IMG/VR virus record: IMGVR_UViG_3300032282_004053
Span: 3,987 to 67,986 of that record
Origin: a virus
Strand: one strand, 5' to 3'
DNA: 64,000 nt
Below the pieces are notes generated by a model. The model saw nothing but the letters and a program-made list of their open reading frames with translations, did no database searches and was not told where the DNA came from. This document shows positions 1 to 9,349 of this stretch, one piece after another. The position numbers and the translations under genes were made by a program. Numbering within the stretch: the stretch's first letter is position 1; each line of letters opens with the position of its first letter.

Positions 1-1101
1 AGGTAAAAATGTTACCCATGGGCGGCCTTGTTTTAACTCACCCTCTTGTAAATTATCAACAATAGTATTCCCTACATATTGTGTTGGCAAAAGGGTAAGA
101 TCGTATTCATGAAGTGATCTATAGTAAGATACTGTAGTGTCACCACCGTAAAAACTAAATCCATTTGGGATACTATATAACGGACCCTGCATTACTGTCG
201 CTTGCCCGGGCGGGGTAGCGACAGTGAGATCAGGTACGATAGATACGCCGGCATATAAATCCTCTGTACCATACGTAGGCGGAGTGCCGGATGCATAAGT
301 AAAACCTGTTATAACACCATCGTTGGCCGCGCACACATAGTCCCAACTAATGTCATTAGCTGGACTTGTTCCGCTAAGGAGTAGATTTCCCGGCATTATT
401 AATGTCCCGCTAGATGCTGAATATCCACCTGCCCCGTATGGGCAACTAATATTAGCAAAAGTTCCATTAGCCTGTAGTGTAAAATTAATCCAAGCTTCTC
501 CGTAAGTAAAAGGATGTACAGTTAATGTGTATACACGATCAACCGCAGCATTATTAGCAGTAGAGGTATCATATCCTCCTACATTATTTTCAGGATCCTG
601 ATTATCGATAACATCACCGTTCCAATCGCCGCCGTTAACGCGAATCCAAATTTTATTATTAGTTTGATCGATAGCTAGATCCACAATGTCGCCGGACTTA
701 AATGTTGGGCTTGACGGTGCGGAGAGACCATATACATTACCCCCTTCAAAAAATCCAATGCTATTGGTTCCGTCTTCTCCAAGAAATCCATTTTTATCAG
801 TTGATGTGGTACCAATTCCTACAGCAGTTACATCCCCCTGTATTACAATATTCATATTAAAACTAACCATAACCTTTTGACCAGAAGCAATACTTCTATA
901 ACATAACGTGGATGGTTCGCCAACCATCCCACTTAATGCAGTAACGGTTAGATCATTGTTACTTAACTCTTGATATGGACCTAAATAAGCAAATGGATTA
1001 GTATATTGTCCATACGCATTACGTTTAAGTGCTGCTAAATCAAGTTTAGCTTTCTGCTTTAATTCTTTTGTAGCTAGGGTTGATATTCCGTTAGCGGCCA
1101 T
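1..1101 (-). CDS. Probable virion protein with an internal SPRY/concanavalin-like domain; 3'-truncated by the window edge and absent from the ORF track
   Basis: ATG at 1101 (MAANGISTLATKELKQKAKLDLAALKR). The same frame reads QGRPWVTFLP at base 1. The central segment (AVGIG...SIGFFEGG...GDIVDLAIDQTNNKIWIRVNG) resembles SPRY/B30.2 folds. Confidence 0.7.
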   Translation of the reverse strand, partial: MAANGISTLATKELKQKAKLDLAALKRNAYGQYTNPFAYLGPYQELSNNDLTVTALSGMVGEPSTLCYRSIASGQKVMVSFNMNIVIQGDVTAVGIGTTSTDKNGFLGEDGTNSIGFFEGGNVYGLSAPSSPTFKSGDIVDLAIDQTNNKIWIRVNGGDWNGDVIDNQDPENNVGGYDTSTANNAAVDRVYTLTVHPFTYGEAWINFTLQANGTFANISCPYGAGGYSASSGTLIMPGNLLLSGTSPANDISWDYVCAANDGVITGFTYASGTPPTYGTEDLYAGVSIVPDLTVATPPGQATVMQGPLYSIPNGFSFYGGDTTVSYYRSLHEYDLTLLPTQYVGNTIVDNLQEGELKQGRPWVTFLP

Positions 1102-1102
1102 A

Positions 1103-1384
1103 TTATTTTCCTATTGGCTTTTCGCCAGTTAGATATGGTTTAGAAAACCATAATTGAAACCATTCAGCGGTTCCGGGTCGTATATTATGCTGTTTCATTA
1201 GTTGACCTTTTTCATTTCCAGTTAAACTAATATTACTTTCTTCCCCTATTACTTGTGAGGTAATACCGGAAAGTCGTTTAATATCATCGATTGTTGTTTC
1301 TGTACTAGTAGCCGGTATGGAAACGGTCTTGAGTTTAGCAAGACCGTTTTGTAATTTAGCTTGTTTCCATACATTGAAGGTCAT
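1103..1384 (-). CDS. Phage hypothetical protein (late)
   Basis: 93-aa ORF, TAAATA 5 nt upstream of ATG, abuts the next gene. Confidence 0.7.
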   Translation of the reverse strand: MTFNVWKQAKLQNGLAKLKTVSIPATSTETTIDDIKRLSGITSQVIGEESNISLTGNEKGQLMKQHNIRPGTAEWFQLWFSKPYLTGEKPIGK

Positions 1385-1402
1385 GTATGTATTTAGCAGT
1401 AA

Positions 1403-2101
1403 TTATTTTACATCTAACGCACGTACTTTGGTAGCAACAATACAAAAATACTTTTCTTTAGCTGAAATAATTTTATCATCGTCATCTTTACCAACACCTA
1501 ACTCAAATTCAAGTGTATTGAAGGAATCAACCTTAAATCCTGTACGCTGTAACAATGCTGCTAGTTGTACTGGACCAAAGATACTATAATGATTTAGATT
1601 AAATTCATGCTTTCTTTCACAATCAGGAGCCGGAACCTCAATATAAATCTTGCTGTTCTGCTTTAACAACCGATTATACTCCATTAAACTAAAAATTGGA
1701 TACGGGCTATGCTCTAATGCATGACGTATAAATATAAAATCTACACTTTCGTCATAATACCCGTCTTTTTGAGGGATAAAACTTATATCATACTGCTTTA
1801 CTGTATGCCCTTTATCTGTGCAAATTTTAGAATCTTCTGGACTAAGTGTAACACCAACTAGGTTTGTATATCCACGCGATTTCATTTCGTCTAGAAAATA
1901 ACCAGGGCCGCAACCCAAATCAAGAATCAAAGAATCTTTGGCTAATTCAATTGGATCTACGTATTCGGCTACTACTCGCGTAGTTAATTTCTGGTGAAAT
2001 TCCGCTTCCCCTTCTTCATAGAGATGAGCAGCATATAGGTATTCATTGTAAAACTTAAGCTTGATTAGATCAATAGTTTTGTTTACGTCGATGAGGTTCA
2101 T
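1403..2101 (-). CDS. Class I SAM-dependent methyltransferase
   Basis: Motif I ILDLGCGPG, plus SVDFIFIRHALEH and RLLK...IYIEVP typical of Methyltransf_11/23. Confidence 0.85.
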   Translation of the reverse strand: MNLIDVNKTIDLIKLKFYNEYLYAAHLYEEGEAEFHQKLTTRVVAEYVDPIELAKDSLILDLGCGPGYFLDEMKSRGYTNLVGVTLSPEDSKICTDKGHTVKQYDISFIPQKDGYYDESVDFIFIRHALEHSPYPIFSLMEYNRLLKQNSKIYIEVPAPDCERKHEFNLNHYSIFGPVQLAALLQRTGFKVDSFNTLEFELGVGKDDDDKIISAKEKYFCIVATKVRALDVK

Positions 2102-2152
2102 TCTGATTCCTAATAAAATATACTACTACTTATTCTGGAAATCAGTGGTTAA

Positions 2153-2521
2153 TTATTTTCCGTAACCTTTAAATGCTAGAATAGGACTAGTTTTGTGGGT
2201 ATCGTCCATTTCTTTGCTACCGTTACGTACGGCATGCTTATGATCTGTCGGAACAGTTTTCATTGCAGCCTTCACCATATTTTCTTCTTCTTTAGTATAA
2301 GGGTGAATTGTATTATATTTCTCAACCCAACTATAAGAATCCATATCTATTTTTGAAGTACTTTTACCGTCGGCGCAGGCCATGGCCATAGCTAAACGAT
2401 TTAGATGATTAGTACGATCATATCCGCCTACGTCACGGGTCATATGTGTTTTATTCATTGCTTGTTTGGCTCGTTTTGGTACTTTACCGTTAGCTTCGAT
2501 AATAAATTCGTTAGCTCTCAT
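2153..2521 (-). CDS. Hypothetical late protein, possible internal head protein
   Basis: 122 aa, N-terminus MRANEFIIE, TAAATA 6 nt upstream of ATG. Confidence 0.65.
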   Translation of the reverse strand: MRANEFIIEANGKVPKRAKQAMNKTHMTRDVGGYDRTNHLNRLAMAMACADGKSTSKIDMDSYSWVEKYNTIHPYTKEEENMVKAAMKTVPTDHKHAVRNGSKEMDDTHKTSPILAFKGYGK

Positions 2522-2545
2522 AGTATATATTTATCTCTAAAAAGT

Positions 2546-3352
2546 TTAATTTATTATACTACAAGAAATCTCGTGGGTTATTATTTCATTAACCAAAGGA
2601 TTAACTTTTATTCGAATATCACCGTAATACACATCTACATCATATGTAGTGATTGGATCCCCATTAAATATTGTCCCGTAGGCTGAATACTTAATATCAG
2701 TACCGTCCGGTCTCTTATTTATAGAAATTGTAACTGATTGACTATTCTGTGACCCTGTTTGTACTGACTTAATATAGAATTTACCGTACGACATGTTTGG
2801 TTCCGGAACTGAAAAGATTATTTGGTCAGCTGAATCATCTTCTGTAGTAGATACTGCTACACTAGTATTAGAATAGTTAATATCATTTACGGCTGACACC
2901 GTATTAGCTATAACCGCACTAACTGTAATATTTGCAGCATTTATATCTGCTTTTTTGGTTGGTAAAACTGATACCGAAAAATCTAATACGTTAGCCGATT
3001 CTGCTACTGAAATATTCCCGATTCGTAATGCAGTTTTACCTAAGTAAATATTACCAACTGCTTTAGTTGCTGATCCTATACTTAAATTACCAGTAGTTAT
3101 TGGAACAATGTTACCATTTAAAATTATAGAATTTGTAGAACTATTAAATGTTAAATTAGCACTTGAATCCAGTATATATCCGCCAGTTAATTCGTCTATT
3201 GCTGCAAATTGTATAGCATATTCAGGCCCTAATGCTGGACTGGCGGTATACAATTGTGAAAAATTGTTATTGATCTTTGTAAATGCAACACGTAAGGGGT
3301 CACCTAAACTATCATTAGGCACTACACCAATATTAATTATTTCTTGGGCCAT
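2546..3352 (-). CDS. Baseplate/tail-fibre connector-like structural protein (T4 gp9/gp10-like N-terminus)
   Basis: Likely start MAQEIINIG at 3352, downstream of TAAATA. INIG..PND..GDPLR.AF.KINNNF..LY matches the gp9/gp10 N-terminal motif. Confidence 0.7.
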   Translation of the reverse strand: MAQEIINIGVVPNDSLGDPLRVAFTKINNNFSQLYTASPALGPEYAIQFAAIDELTGGYILDSSANLTFNSSTNSIILNGNIVPITTGNLSIGSATKAVGNIYLGKTALRIGNISVAESANVLDFSVSVLPTKKADINAANITVSAVIANTVSAVNDINYSNTSVAVSTTEDDSADQIIFSVPEPNMSYGKFYIKSVQTGSQNSQSVTISINKRPDGTDIKYSAYGTIFNGDPITTYDVDVYYGDIRIKVNPLVNEIITHEISCSIIN

Positions 3353-3433
3353 AGTATTGTTCCGATTATAGTTGTATTTATCTTTTAGGGAGAGAAATAA
3401 CACGATAAATATGCATATATTATAGGAGCTGTC

Positions 3434-4246
3434 ATGCGTAAATTATTGGTAGGATTATTGTGTATAGTATCATTCTCATCGTATAGTTGGGATCAACGGA
3501 CACCGCTGCCTGTGCAAAGCTGTCAAATTCATAGTCCGTATGGATTTCCCCAAACTACAGGGGTACAACCTATTTGTAGACAAGCATATTTGGTAGGATA
3601 TGATGCTACTGCTAAATTACCTAAATTTGTAACCTATGAATTATTACCAAAAAATGCATTAGGATGTGTTGCTCGTACTAACGCATTTGCAGTAGATCAA
3701 AGTATTAACGGCGGTGCTAGGCCAGATGATTATGCTGCGACTGGATATGATAAAGGACATATGGCTCCAGACGGTGACCTGAGTTGGGATGTACAGGTAG
3801 AATTTGAATCATTTCTAATGACTAACATGAGTCCACAAGCCGGATCATTAAATCGCGGTATTTGGAAACTATTGGAAACATCTATACGTGGTTGGGCAGT
3901 ACAACGTAATCAAAGTTTTACTATATATGTTGGCGGTATCTATGATGTATCTGATAAGACTATTGGTAAAGGTGTGATCGTCCCGCATGGTTTTTATAAG
4001 ATTGTCATTAACAATCAAACAAACGAATTTGCAGGATGGGGATTTCCTCATGTTGCTCCGTACCCTAATTTAGGAAACGATTTAGTTAAGTTCCGTGTAC
4101 CTGTTGCTACTATCCAAAAGATGGCTGGAGTTCAATTTGGATTTCCAAAAGGCAATACTGAGCTTGCTCCGGGAAAAGAATGGAGTGTAGACTTTGGTGC
4201 GTTAACTAATGCCAAAAGAAACAAATGTGGTAAGGCTGACGATTAA
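3434..4246 (+). CDS. Exported DNA/RNA non-specific endonuclease (NucA/Endonuclease_NS family)
   Basis: Catalytic YDKGHMAP, ESF.MTNMSPQ...LNRG.W..LE and VPHGFYKIV motifs; N-terminal signal peptide; GGAG RBS. Confidence 0.9.
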   Translation: MRKLLVGLLCIVSFSSYSWDQRTPLPVQSCQIHSPYGFPQTTGVQPICRQAYLVGYDATAKLPKFVTYELLPKNALGCVARTNAFAVDQSINGGARPDDYAATGYDKGHMAPDGDLSWDVQVEFESFLMTNMSPQAGSLNRGIWKLLETSIRGWAVQRNQSFTIYVGGIYDVSDKTIGKGVIVPHGFYKIVINNQTNEFAGWGFPHVAPYPNLGNDLVKFRVPVATIQKMAGVQFGFPKGNTELAPGKEWSVDFGALTNAKRNKCGKADD

Positions 4247-4497
4247 ACCATACTAGCAAGATTAATTAATCCGTTAATTGCGGTATTAATCTTTTCTAGT
4301 GTCTCAAGTTCAGACATATCTTGGTGTATATTAATACGATGTTGTATGTCTTTAACTAGTTCGATATACTCTGCTCTACTTAACTGACCGGACTTGACTG
4401 CTTCGGTTAGTTGATTAACTTCTTCAGCCGCACTATTGGCTTCTGGATTTAAACTATCTACGCTAGCTAACAATTGTTGTTGTTGTTCGACACTCAT
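4243..4497 (-). CDS. Hypothetical helical protein in the lysis cassette
   Basis: 84 aa, ATGA-coupled to the upstream lipoprotein gene. Confidence 0.65.
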   Translation of the reverse strand: MSVEQQQQLLASVDSLNPEANSAAEEVNQLTEAVKSGQLSRAEYIELVKDIQHRINIHQDMSELETLEKINTAINGLINLASMV

Positions 4498-4895
4498 CTT
4501 GGTTTAGCTCCTATTGTTTTCTGCATCGATTCGGCAGATGAAATAATGTTACCTAATTTAAGTTTACAGAATAAAGGATTTACTTTATCATTTTTTTGAT
4601 ACTGTTCATGGAATCCTTGTACCATAGAATTTAACTCAACTGAGGCTTTTTGTGTAGATGAGTTATAAGGCAAGTATTGGGCAAAGTTTACAAAGGTCAT
4701 AGACTTTATATATAGGTCTTCGGCTTTGCGCTTAGTCTCATCATAGTTCTCACATTTAGCTAATCCAATTTGTGACATTGTTCTTATCTCGGTAATGTAT
4801 TGATATTCATTAGTATCATACTTCATCAAGTATGCTTCCATTAAACTACACCCTGATAATAGAACTAGTAGTAACACTATCGTTAATTTTTTCAT
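4494..4895 (-). CDS. Lipoprotein
   Basis: MKK, hydrophobic stretch and lipobox LSGC. Confidence 0.75.
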   Translation of the reverse strand: MKKLTIVLLLVLLSGCSLMEAYLMKYDTNEYQYITEIRTMSQIGLAKCENYDETKRKAEDLYIKSMTFVNFAQYLPYNSSTQKASVELNSMVQGFHEQYQKNDKVNPLFCKLKLGNIISSAESMQKTIGAKPR

Positions 4896-5155
4896 TTTAC
4901 TTCCTCAAATATACGTTTCTGTGAATCATACCATTCTGCCCATGCATTCATCTTTATACGACATTCGTGATATAATGCATAGTTAGAGGTTACTACTTTG
5001 AGTACTTCACTTAATTTTTCAGTATCGATCGGTACTTCATTTAATTCAGGACAATTTTGTTTTAATTCAGGTGGTGCAGAAGGCCAATGTCGTTGTACTG
5101 GTACGGTAGTTACGCATCCGCCTAATAGAAGAACCAATAATAGTAACTTACCCAT
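4892..5155 (-). CDS. o-spanin (Rz1-like) lipoprotein
   Basis: Lipobox LGGC, Pro-rich segment, NY..Y.EC motif; overlaps the upstream Rz-like gene. Confidence 0.75.
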   Translation of the reverse strand: MGKLLLLVLLLGGCVTTVPVQRHWPSAPPELKQNCPELNEVPIDTEKLSEVLKVVTSNYALYHECRIKMNAWAEWYDSQKRIFEEVK

Positions 5156-5642
5156 TATGTAATTCCATAGATAATTTTAATGTGAGAGGGCGAGGAGTTG
5201 GCTTTTTGATATTTTTAGCTGAATCATTTAATATCTTAATAGCTTCAGGATCTACTTTACATTCCTGATCTATTTTGGTTGCAACTTCACGTATACGATC
5301 CTGAATTACTACTTGTACATCTTTTACTGTTTTTATTTTTTCTACAGTTATATATTTAATACGTTCATTCACTTGCCCTGCTTTCTTCTCTGAAATAGCA
5401 ATAGCTTCTTCTAATTGCTTTGCTTTTTCTCTCCATGCCATTTCAACCCCGTAACCCCCTTCAAAATAAATACCCAAAGGTAATAGGATCAACCCAATCA
5501 ATTGTATAATTAATCGGTATTGATTAATGTAGGGAATAACTCGCATAAGGAATCCTATGAGCGTACATAGGATTCCGGTAACTAATATAGTCCTAATAAA
5601 TAGGTGTAATACGCTGTCTGATATAAACTGAAAGATCCACAT
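5148..5642 (-). CDS. i-spanin (Rz-like)
   Basis: N-terminal TM helices, then a coiled coil and a C-terminal Cys (DQECKV). Likely start MWIFQ at 5642, 5 nt after TAAATA. Confidence 0.7.
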   Translation of the reverse strand: MWIFQFISDSVLHLFIRTILVTGILCTLIGFLMRVIPYINQYRLIIQLIGLILLPLGIYFEGGYGVEMAWREKAKQLEEAIAISEKKAGQVNERIKYITVEKIKTVKDVQVVIQDRIREVATKIDQECKVDPEAIKILNDSAKNIKKPTPRPLTLKLSMELHNG

Positions 5643-5681
5643 ACTCTTATTTAGCATGGGATACCAGACTAACCGGTATTT

Positions 5682-5933
5682 TTACGTGTATTTTAGTTTA
5701 AAAAATACCGCGTCGGCCTCTTCTAATTCAGCCGTAATATAGAATTTATACCCCATTTGATTAAGCTCTGGTGCAGAATAGTGCCAAGCCGGTATAGTCA
5801 TAGAATGATCCACAACCCATTGACCTACTTCACTCTTTTCCCAGGCTATCAGAGGTTCTGCGGCATAAACAACCGGATCTTCTACGTCATACCCTATATA
5901 AAATACATGGACTATTAATTTTTCCGTCATCAA
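5682..5933 (-). CDS. Phage hypothetical protein
   Basis: 83 aa, coupled to the thyA stop codon. Confidence 0.65.
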   Translation of the reverse strand: MMTEKLIVHVFYIGYDVEDPVVYAAEPLIAWEKSEVGQWVVDHSMTIPAWHYSAPELNQMGYKFYITAELEEADAVFFKLKYT

Positions 5934-6832
5934 ACTGCCATTGGCGCTTTAATAGCAGAATAACTATGATATCCTTCTAACCATATATCACCCATAGTAA
6001 ACGAATCAATATCAGTAATATCAGGGTTGAGCGAAAGGACAGGTTTGTTCAACGGTTTCCTAGTAAGTTGCTCTTTTACCTGTTCAATGTGATTCTGATA
6101 GATATGCGTATCTCCTGTACTAATTACTAATTCCCCTACCTTTAAGGAACATACTTGAGCAATCAGATGCGTTAGCAATGCATAGCTAGCAATATTGAAC
6201 GGGAGCCCTAAGAATACATCTACGCTACGTTGATACATATGACAGCTAAGTTCACGATTTTTATTCACATAAAATTGACATAGAATATGACAAGGTGGCA
6301 AAGCCATATTTTCTAAATCACCCACGTTCCATGCACTTAGTATATGGCGCCTACCGTTAGGATCTTTCTTGATACCTTCTATCAACATCAATAATTGATC
6401 TAGACGTTTATAAACAGGATTAAGCCAAGTCTTGCCGTAGTCATCATCTATGTCGGGCTCTCTGTCGGGAGTATGTGTGATCCAGTCACGCCATTGTACT
6501 CCGTAGACACGACCTAGGTCACCTTCAAACTGTGCTTTGGGTTTCCAGTAAGGTGCAAGGGCATTTGGAGTCCAAATAGTTACTGTGCCTTCTCGTGTCC
6601 CGTGGGTGATTTCGGCCAACCTACGTTCATCATCGCTGCCTTCAATAAACCATAGTAGTTCTCCAACGCAGGCTTTCCAAGCCAATTTCTTAGTTGTGAT
6701 GGCCGGAAAGCCTCTACGCAGATCAAAGCGCAAATGACGTCCAAACACACTAATAGTGCCAACACCAGTTCTATCATCTTTTGTTTCTCCATTCTCTAAA
6801 ATGTCCTGCAATAAATCTAAATATTCTTTCAT
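5930..6832 (-). CDS. thyA: Thymidylate synthase
   Basis: DRTGVGT, ELLWF, YGVQWR, catalytic [26 protein letters not shown]. Confidence 0.97.
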   Translation of the reverse strand: MKEYLDLLQDILENGETKDDRTGVGTISVFGRHLRFDLRRGFPAITTKKLAWKACVGELLWFIEGSDDERRLAEITHGTREGTVTIWTPNALAPYWKPKAQFEGDLGRVYGVQWRDWITHTPDREPDIDDDYGKTWLNPVYKRLDQLLMLIEGIKKDPNGRRHILSAWNVGDLENMALPPCHILCQFYVNKNRELSCHMYQRSVDVFLGLPFNIASYALLTHLIAQVCSLKVGELVISTGDTHIYQNHIEQVKEQLTRKPLNKPVLSLNPDITDIDSFTMGDIWLEGYHSYSAIKAPMAV

Positions 6833-7281
6833 TTTCTTTTCCAGACTTGATATAGATGATCCGCGTTAGATTCTGTTCTAACACAGTTAAAGTGTTGTCC
6901 TAAATAGGATAGATCAATATAGGTATCACAGGTATATTGTTTTAGCGTTTCAGACAAATGTAATTCATCTATTAGTTCCCAACAAGAATTAATTAATTTA
7001 CCGCCACCTATCATCCACGCATCATCATATAATATTAAACTAGAAGTATCACGTAGGATTAACACACCCTCAGTTGGTTGCATAGTAGATGATACTACAA
7101 TGTTTAATCTGTTAGGTAATGGTTTAAAGGGTAGGCTATCCCAAGTATTTTTACCCATAACAATTGGTTGCCCAGTTGTTAATGCTTTGAATCTTGGTAA
7201 ATCACCCTGAAGATTTTTCCAGGGCAATTTATTTTTATAGCCTATACCACCGTGAGTATCGCAAGCTAATATAGCCTTCAT
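6829..7281 (-). CDS. folA: Dihydrofolate reductase
   Basis: [31 protein letters not shown]; coupled to thyA. Confidence 0.95.
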   Translation of the reverse strand: MKAILACDTHGGIGYKNKLPWKNLQGDLPRFKALTTGQPIVMGKNTWDSLPFKPLPNRLNIVVSSTMQPTEGVLILRDTSSLILYDDAWMIGGGKLINSCWELIDELHLSETLKQYTCDTYIDLSYLGQHFNCVRTESNADHLYQVWKRK

Positions 7282-7574
7282 AGTTTCCCAAGTAGTCGAT
7301 CAGTTTCAGGTTGAACAGTTTCTGCAATTGATTCTACATTTAATACAAATTCAAAATTAGTGATGTTAGGATCAAGTTCATGTAACTTACGGGAAACTAC
7401 CTCTTCTACCTCTTCTGGCTCTAAGCCCTGTTTAAGTAAGGATTGAATATTGATAGTATATTGTTTCTTGCCTATCATTTTTACAACTATCTTTTTTATA
7501 AACTGTACGGGAACTTTACTCTTTTCTACATCTTCAAGTATATGTTCCCATTTACTCACGAATTCAGGATTCAT
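7278..7574 (-). CDS. Phage hypothetical protein
   Basis: 98 aa, in operon with folA. Confidence 0.7.
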   Translation of the reverse strand: MNPEFVSKWEHILEDVEKSKVPVQFIKKIVVKMIGKKQYTINIQSLLKQGLEPEEVEEVVSRKLHELDPNITNFEFVLNVESIAETVQPETDRLLGKL

Positions 7575-7580
7575 TATATA

Positions 7581-8267
7581 TTAGACAGTCACTTTTACTT
7601 TGGCAGGCCGCCCTCGTTTTTTAGCTGTGACAGGAGTTGATACTGTTTGTTCCATATTTGGTGCTAGAGTAGGATCCAAACTTTTAGCTTCCTCACGTAA
7701 TCGTTTAGATTCGTTCAGTAACCCGTTTGCTTCTAGCTCCATACGTGTTGCTTGTTCCAAACGCTGTTTAGCTAAAATGCCATCTGCTAGCAAACCATCT
7801 GCTGCACTAACTACTGCTGGGGTATTATTGTTACGCATTTTACGTGCTACTGCAGCCGGATCTTGAATGCCACGACTAGAATCAATTTCAGCTAACCGTT
7901 TTACCGCGGCTTCACCCAATGCCATTTCATTTAGCATTTTATTTAGTTCATCTAACTTGATACGTGTAGTTGGCGTAGGGGTGACTAATACTTGAGCAGT
8001 TTGTACTTTCTTTAGTAACCCTTCTGCATGTAGCACCTGTAAAATTATCCTACCGTCTTGGGTATAACTACGACTTAACGCATCTGCTAATGCTTCACTA
8101 TGTTGCCCAATATCACTTTCAATACAGCGCATTAATGGATCATGTACATGCATATTCAACGTTTCTGTGTATGTTACCAAACACATGTGCGGCTCACCTG
8201 GCACTTCACGAAAAACAATAGCAACCTTACGATCTCCGATTTTTCCGATATGTCTTAAAAAACTCAT
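7581..8267 (-). CDS. Phage hypothetical protein with coiled coil and C-terminal AT-hook-like motif
   Basis: 228 aa, KKRGRPAK at the C-terminus, AGGAG RBS. Confidence 0.7.
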   Translation of the reverse strand: MSFLRHIGKIGDRKVAIVFREVPGEPHMCLVTYTETLNMHVHDPLMRCIESDIGQHSEALADALSRSYTQDGRIILQVLHAEGLLKKVQTAQVLVTPTPTTRIKLDELNKMLNEMALGEAAVKRLAEIDSSRGIQDPAAVARKMRNNNTPAVVSAADGLLADGILAKQRLEQATRMELEANGLLNESKRLREEAKSLDPTLAPNMEQTVSTPVTAKKRGRPAKVKVTV

Positions 8268-8335
8268 ATTAATCTCCTTGCTCTTTTATAGTAGCTAGTT
8301 TATTTACTTCAATTTATCCAGGGTAAAAAATTACT

Positions 8336-8599
8336 TTATGACCAAAGTAACTCATACAGGATAGCCTCTTTACTATCTTCAAAATATACGATATCTTCTA
8401 TGGTACGATGGACCGGAGATACTGATGCGGTATCTTCTATCCATTGGTTAATAATCGCATATCTTCCTGATAGATGTGCTATTATCCAAATTTCAGATTC
8501 AGGTGTTACGACTGCATTACATTTTATAAAATGTTTTGGTACAAACTGTTCTGCACCTAATTCTCGTTTACTATACCAATTATTGGGATTAAATTTCAC
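8336..8599 (-). CDS. Phage hypothetical protein
   Basis: 87 aa, GTG start overlapping the upstream stop. Confidence 0.65.
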   Translation of the reverse strand: MKFNPNNWYSKRELGAEQFVPKHFIKCNAVVTPESEIWIIAHLSGRYAIINQWIEDTASVSPVHRTIEDIVYFEDSKEAILYELLWS

Positions 8600-9000
8600 T
8601 TAGTTAATGAATCCAACATTCGATATTTGTTATATGCGTCAACGACGGCAGGAGTATTGTTATCTAATGTAGGAACAATATCATACCAAATTACATCTCT
8701 ATTTAAATCAAACGAGTGCAAAGAACTAACTAGATCCAGGTCATATAACCGAGGTTGATGTATCTTTCCCGAAACATATAGGCTAGTAGCTAATTCGATT
8801 GCCTCTTCTAATGGATATGCCGAACTATTGTACTTACCGTTACGCGACATAGATGCGCTTCGATAGGATTCAATAACCCCATGTAGCTCCGATAGGTCAT
8901 GGCATTTTGTTCTAGAGATTATACAAAAAACGTCCTTGTAGGACACTTCGCCTGATAGTATCGAAGTTAGGCACCGGCCAAAACTAGTTCCAATTAACAT
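8596..9000 (-). CDS. Phage hypothetical protein
   Basis: 134 aa, operonic. Confidence 0.7.
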   Translation of the reverse strand: MLIGTSFGRCLTSILSGEVSYKDVFCIISRTKCHDLSELHGVIESYRSASMSRNGKYNSSAYPLEEAIELATSLYVSGKIHQPRLYDLDLVSSLHSFDLNRDVIWYDIVPTLDNNTPAVVDAYNKYRMLDSLTK

Positions 9001-9344
9001 TATATTATGACCCTCTTATTTTTTTCAAGTCTATCGCTATAAATCTCATTGCCGTTCTTTCTAATAAAGTCGGCCATAAATTGAGGTGATTTTTTGAAAG
9101 CATCTCGGATATCTTGCTCGGTTAAGTCAACCGCATCAAACAGATAAATTTCATAACTTCGATGAGAGTTAAATTTAGCCCGAAGCATTAATACCTGCAA
9201 GGAAGGAATCTTAACTTTAGGTTTCTCGTCCTTAAGGGCACTCCATGTTTGATCTTTGCCCCAAGCAGTAAGATCACCTAGGTATTCAAGACCTAAGCAA
9301 TCCCACATTACTAGATAGCGAGTGGTTGATTGTTCTTCACTCAT
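9000..9344 (-). CDS. Phage hypothetical protein
   Basis: 114 aa, operonic. Confidence 0.7.
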   Translation of the reverse strand: MSEEQSTTRYLVMWDCLGLEYLGDLTAWGKDQTWSALKDEKPKVKIPSLQVLMLRAKFNSHRSYEIYLFDAVDLTEQDIRDAFKKSPQFMADFIRKNGNEIYSDRLEKNKRVII

Positions 9345-9349
9345 ACAAT

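Noticed and set aside
5930-6832. Intron or intein in thyA
   Set aside because: Continuous ORF with all motifs; only a short loop insertion
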